64,000 nucleotides of DNA from Zancudomyces culisetae HAW-14-8. Lineage: Eukaryota > Fungi > Kickxellomycota. The notes beneath the pieces were generated by a model. That model ran no database searches and was not told the origin of the DNA. It saw only the letters and a list, made by a program, of their open reading frames with translations. Location: NCBI GenBank assembly GCA_052426225.1, contig JBNJNM010000021.1:186001-250000 (forward strand), written 5' to 3'. A program made the position numbers and the translations under genes. This document shows positions 60,511-64,000 of this stretch, piece by piece (within the stretch, counting starts at the first letter, position 1; every line of letters begins with the position of its first letter).

Positions 60511-61191
60511 TTATTTTTCTTTTGTATAGATGCATTCTCTATTTTTTTTTAAAAAAAATAAACATCTTGGTAAAAATAGAATTTTTTTCCTTCTCAACTC
60601 AAACAACATCATGAGAATAGAGAGTGTAGTTTGTATTTTCTACTAGTGGTAAACCATTATTTTTGGTGCACCTGATGTTTGGGTTCAATAGAGTGAATGT
60701 TTAATGTTTGATTTGAAGAATATCCAAAAAGAAAAGAAATAAATGGTATAGATAGAGATCGAGTTTTCAAGGTAAATCGAAACACATGATCCTCTGAAAA
60801 ATAATACAATGAGACCACGCTAGTGGAAAACAAAGAACCTGATACACGTTGGGTATGTATGCAATACTATTCAATTAGAGTGGATAGTGAGGAAGTAGGT
60901 CAAGTTATAAAGTAAATATGTGCATTTTATTGTGATTAGGTTGTTTCAATAGATATTTTACCTTATTTTCAGTATTTTTTCCATTTAATTAAAGTACAAG
61001 AACTCCAAAAAAAAAAAGATAGTAAAAAAACAACAATTTTGTTTAAAATTTACGGTTAACTAAAACACAGCTGTTAGAAAATGGTTTTTTTAGCCATGAA
61101 AATATAAATAAAGGCAATCAAGAAGCAGTTACCAGGTATAAAAAATCAATAATAATGTAATCAGAGCAACACTTCGGACAAAGATTATACA

Positions 61192-63234
61192 ATGAATAAA
61201 AAGGCAGAGAAAAGAAAACGAATTTTTATAGACATTCCAGCGTCGCAGGTGACGAGATCGGTTCGGTATGGAAAAACAGATTTGAAGTTTATGCCAGAGG
61301 TCGTTATTAGCAGGTATAAAAAGTATACTGATGATTTTAATAGTAAAGACAAGTACGATGTTGTAGTATTAATTGAGAATAACAAGAAACAGAAAAGAAA
61401 ATGGGACAAAAAGAGCAAAGAGATAAAACACACAGAATCATTAAATGTGAACAATCATAATACAAAGGAAATAGTAGGCGAGGGAGAGAAAGAAAAAAAG
61501 AAGGAGGAAGAAGAAGAAGAGGAAGAAGAAAATATAAATGTTCCAGTGATAAATAAATCCACCAGTTCGCAACTGGCGGCACAGGGTAGCAAAATATACC
61601 TTATTGATTCGGAAACTGAGGAGCAAGGGGGTAGTGAACATGAAAAAGCAGAAGTGTTAGAGAATTCAACACAAGGGCCAAGTTTGTTTTTAGAAACCAT
61701 GTTTGAGGAAGGGAGCCAAAGTGCGGAGAATGAAGAAGCGGGAGAAGCGGAAGAAGCGGAAGAAGCGGGAGAAGCGGAAGAAGCGGGAGAAACAGAAGAG
61801 ATGGAAGAGATGGGAAATAGGGGCGGTGGCATTTTAGAAAAGATAGCAAAAAGCCATGAAGTGGTGAAACATAGATTGACGCGGCGAAAGGATCTGCACA
61901 GAAGAAAGCCACAAAAAAAAGGTGGTATTAAGATGCGAGGTAGAAAAAAAAAGAAAAATATAAAACTCCGAGAAAGACAGAAACGGAAAACGTATAGAGA
62001 TATGGTGGGACAACTCTATGAAGTGAATGAAGAGAGCTCTGAGGATGGAGGAGAGAAATATAGATTGCGAAAACGCAACAAAGGGCAGCTCAACTCAATG
62101 AAAGTAGGTGAAAATAACCAGGAAAGCAGTGGTAGCGACTATAGCGATAAGCACAACAGTAGTAGCAGCGAAAATGGCGAAAATGACAGCGGTAGTGATG
62201 GTGATGGTGATAGTGATAGTGGCGATAATAGCAATGGGATAATGGGATATTTGTATAGCCCAAACTCCATGAAGAAGTTTATAGTGAGCGAGGACGAGTC
62301 GGTGTCTGAGGATGATACACTTTATTATGAAAGAGTTGACAATACCAAACGACTCAAGAACAGTACAGATAAACCAATAGACATAGAGGCCGAAATGCGG
62401 AAATTAAGGCGAGAGGATTTCAAAACATCATTCAACACATATGTGCAGTATTTAGTACATTGTCTCATCAATTACAAGTCGATGGAGGCGTATGACGAGG
62501 ATACTAGGCAGTATTTTGATCAAGCAAGGTCAGTTGTGAACAAACAACTATCAACAATCCGAGACAGTTTGGTGGCGAGTGCGGCTTGGATTCCTCGGTT
62601 TCTGGATGATATGCAAACAAAAAAAGTATACTATGCCGAAAAAATCGGACATATACAGGATGCTGCATGTGAAGTTTGCAAGTTGGGCGGCCATCGTAGA
62701 GCATCATATCTTGTGTATTTGGTTGGTGAGATAGAAAAGCTGCCGTTTGTGGATACCACTCCCAATCCTATTTTTGCTAAAAAGAAACGAACTGATCCTC
62801 CATTTCTAAGATACAGGGCCTTGACACTTCCTTTTCGAAAGATTATGGAGCTAAAATTGTATCAAAACCGGGATAAGGAGGCTTTTCTAAAAGAATATGA
62901 TCTTGTAGATTTCAACCCAAACAAACCTCTCGTTTGCCACGATCTTGGCGTTCCTGGAGCTTGTTATAAAGCTGGTAGATTTTGCCAGTCGCGAAGCGAG
63001 TTTTATCATTGGTTATACCACTACCCTTCCTACTTGTATAACCGAATTTTGCTTCAGTTTACTGAAAACGAAATCGATACTAGCATTGTGAACGACCCGA
63101 ATGATCCTGCATCAAAGGATCCTGTCAAGTACACTGAAGAATTGGTGGCTATGCTTGAAGAGTGCGGCTTTATTGAATTGTTGTACGAAGAACTTGTTCA
63201 AACCTTTCAGAGTGCTCGTGATATGTTTACTTGA
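61192..63234 (+). CDS. DUF4211 / CCDC82-like protein
   Basis: Acidic/basic disordered N-half, then FNTYVQYLVH..SLVASAAWIPRF..CEVC..GRFCQSRSEFYHWLYHY. Confidence 0.8.
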   Translation: MNKKAEKRKRIFIDIPASQVTRSVRYGKTDLKFMPEVVISRYKKYTDDFNSKDKYDVVVLIENNKKQKRKWDKKSKEIKHTESLNVNNHNTKEIVGEGEKEKKKEEEEEEEEENINVPVINKSTSSQLAAQGSKIYLIDSETEEQGGSEHEKAEVLENSTQGPSLFLETMFEEGSQSAENEEAGEAEEAEEAGEAEEAGETEEMEEMGNRGGGILEKIAKSHEVVKHRLTRRKDLHRRKPQKKGGIKMRGRKKKKNIKLRERQKRKTYRDMVGQLYEVNEESSEDGGEKYRLRKRNKGQLNSMKVGENNQESSGSDYSDKHNSSSSENGENDSGSDGDGDSDSGDNSNGIMGYLYSPNSMKKFIVSEDESVSEDDTLYYERVDNTKRLKNSTDKPIDIEAEMRKLRREDFKTSFNTYVQYLVHCLINYKSMEAYDEDTRQYFDQARSVVNKQLSTIRDSLVASAAWIPRFLDDMQTKKVYYAEKIGHIQDAACEVCKLGGHRRASYLVYLVGEIEKLPFVDTTPNPIFAKKKRTDPPFLRYRALTLPFRKIMELKLYQNRDKEAFLKEYDLVDFNPNKPLVCHDLGVPGACYKAGRFCQSRSEFYHWLYHYPSYLYNRILLQFTENEIDTSIVNDPNDPASKDPVKYTEELVAMLEECGFIELLYEELVQTFQSARDMFT

Positions 63235-64000
63235 TATATTTTTATTGTTTGGATCTAGAATTGAGTTATGTTTGTGTGTGCGTGGTGTTTCTTAGCATTG
63301 TATTATTTTTTATACACCTCTTACAAATTGGCAACAAAAATAAAATTCTTTAATATATGACAGAATTGAATGGTTTAATAGTAGATTGGGCAAGTAGAAT
63401 ACCCGGGTATTCGTTTACTCTAAAAAATAATTGCTTTTTTTAGAATAAAAAAATACATGAATTCTTTTTTTGAATCATTTTAAACTCCAACTCATATTGT
63501 AGATAACTATTTCCTGAGTCTCAAAAACAAAAAACGAGGTTAGTTTCAGCATAGCATCTGGGCAAGGTGGAAAACCGTTAACAGTACGCAACTGGTCATA
63601 AAGATTAAGTATATTTTTGTAATTTCAAAATGAGACAAAACGAAAATTTGGTTTTGGTAATTTGACATTTTTGCTTAATTAAATCAGATTGATTATATAT
63701 ATATGGTATCCTTTGCACCTCAAATAATCGTTGTTTCGTGTTTGTATTTTGAACGTTTTTTAATAAAAAGATATGCTTTAATATTCTTGCATGTTAAAGG
63801 TCGCGGATAAGATTCTTTTGGTACCTTATCTAAGGATCCATGTGGAGAAATATAATTTATGGATGAAATCGCCAGAGCTTTTGGGTAATTTTTGAACATA
63901 TTCACTGGAAATACCACTATTTTTCCCCTAAATAAGTCGCACTTACAGTCGGAAAAAAACGAAATACCTCTCTTTAGAACTTACGGATTCTGAGCCCTTG

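Noticed and set aside
63706-63715. GTATCCTTTG, a U12-type 5' splice site match
   Set aside because: No host exon or U12 branch site could be placed; likely a chance match.
63720-64000. Possible 3' exons of a minus-strand gene entering from the window end
   Set aside because: The frame is short and unrecognisable; it cannot be supported without the adjacent sequence.

Overview
AT-rich, intron-containing eukaryotic (fungal) genomic DNA. Gene content and style suggest an early-diverging fungus, possibly a Harpellales insect-gut symbiont; this is inference, not proven. About 19 protein genes can be modelled by hand. In order: BUR1-like CDK (truncated by the window edge), VAM7-like PX-SNARE, aspartokinase HOM3, WAPL-like protein, a calcineurin A paralog, a HAPSTR1/DUF4588-like protein, an orphan, two secreted GH17 proteins flanking a deoxyribose-phosphate aldolase, ATG18, MUS81, TPP2, PWP2, NOP12, DAD3, TSC10, DPH4, TES1, an Sds3/Dep1-like protein, SWC5 and a DUF4211 protein. 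There is also a tRNA-Pro/tRNA-Cys pair only 6 nt apart. The most notable signals are three intact genes that look like pseudoenzymes. (1) A five-exon calcineurin A copy has its metal-binding motifs changed (GDIHG->GDILG, GDYVDRG->GNYVNRG) while keeping the CnB-binding, calmodulin-binding and autoinhibitory segments. These changes lie in a small exon the ORF track misses. (2) Two secreted GH17 paralogs share loss of both catalytic glutamates (VGNE->VGND, GETGWP->GQTGWP), making them candidate non-catalytic beta-1,3-glucan-binding proteins. No database searches were run; family calls rest on recalled motifs.
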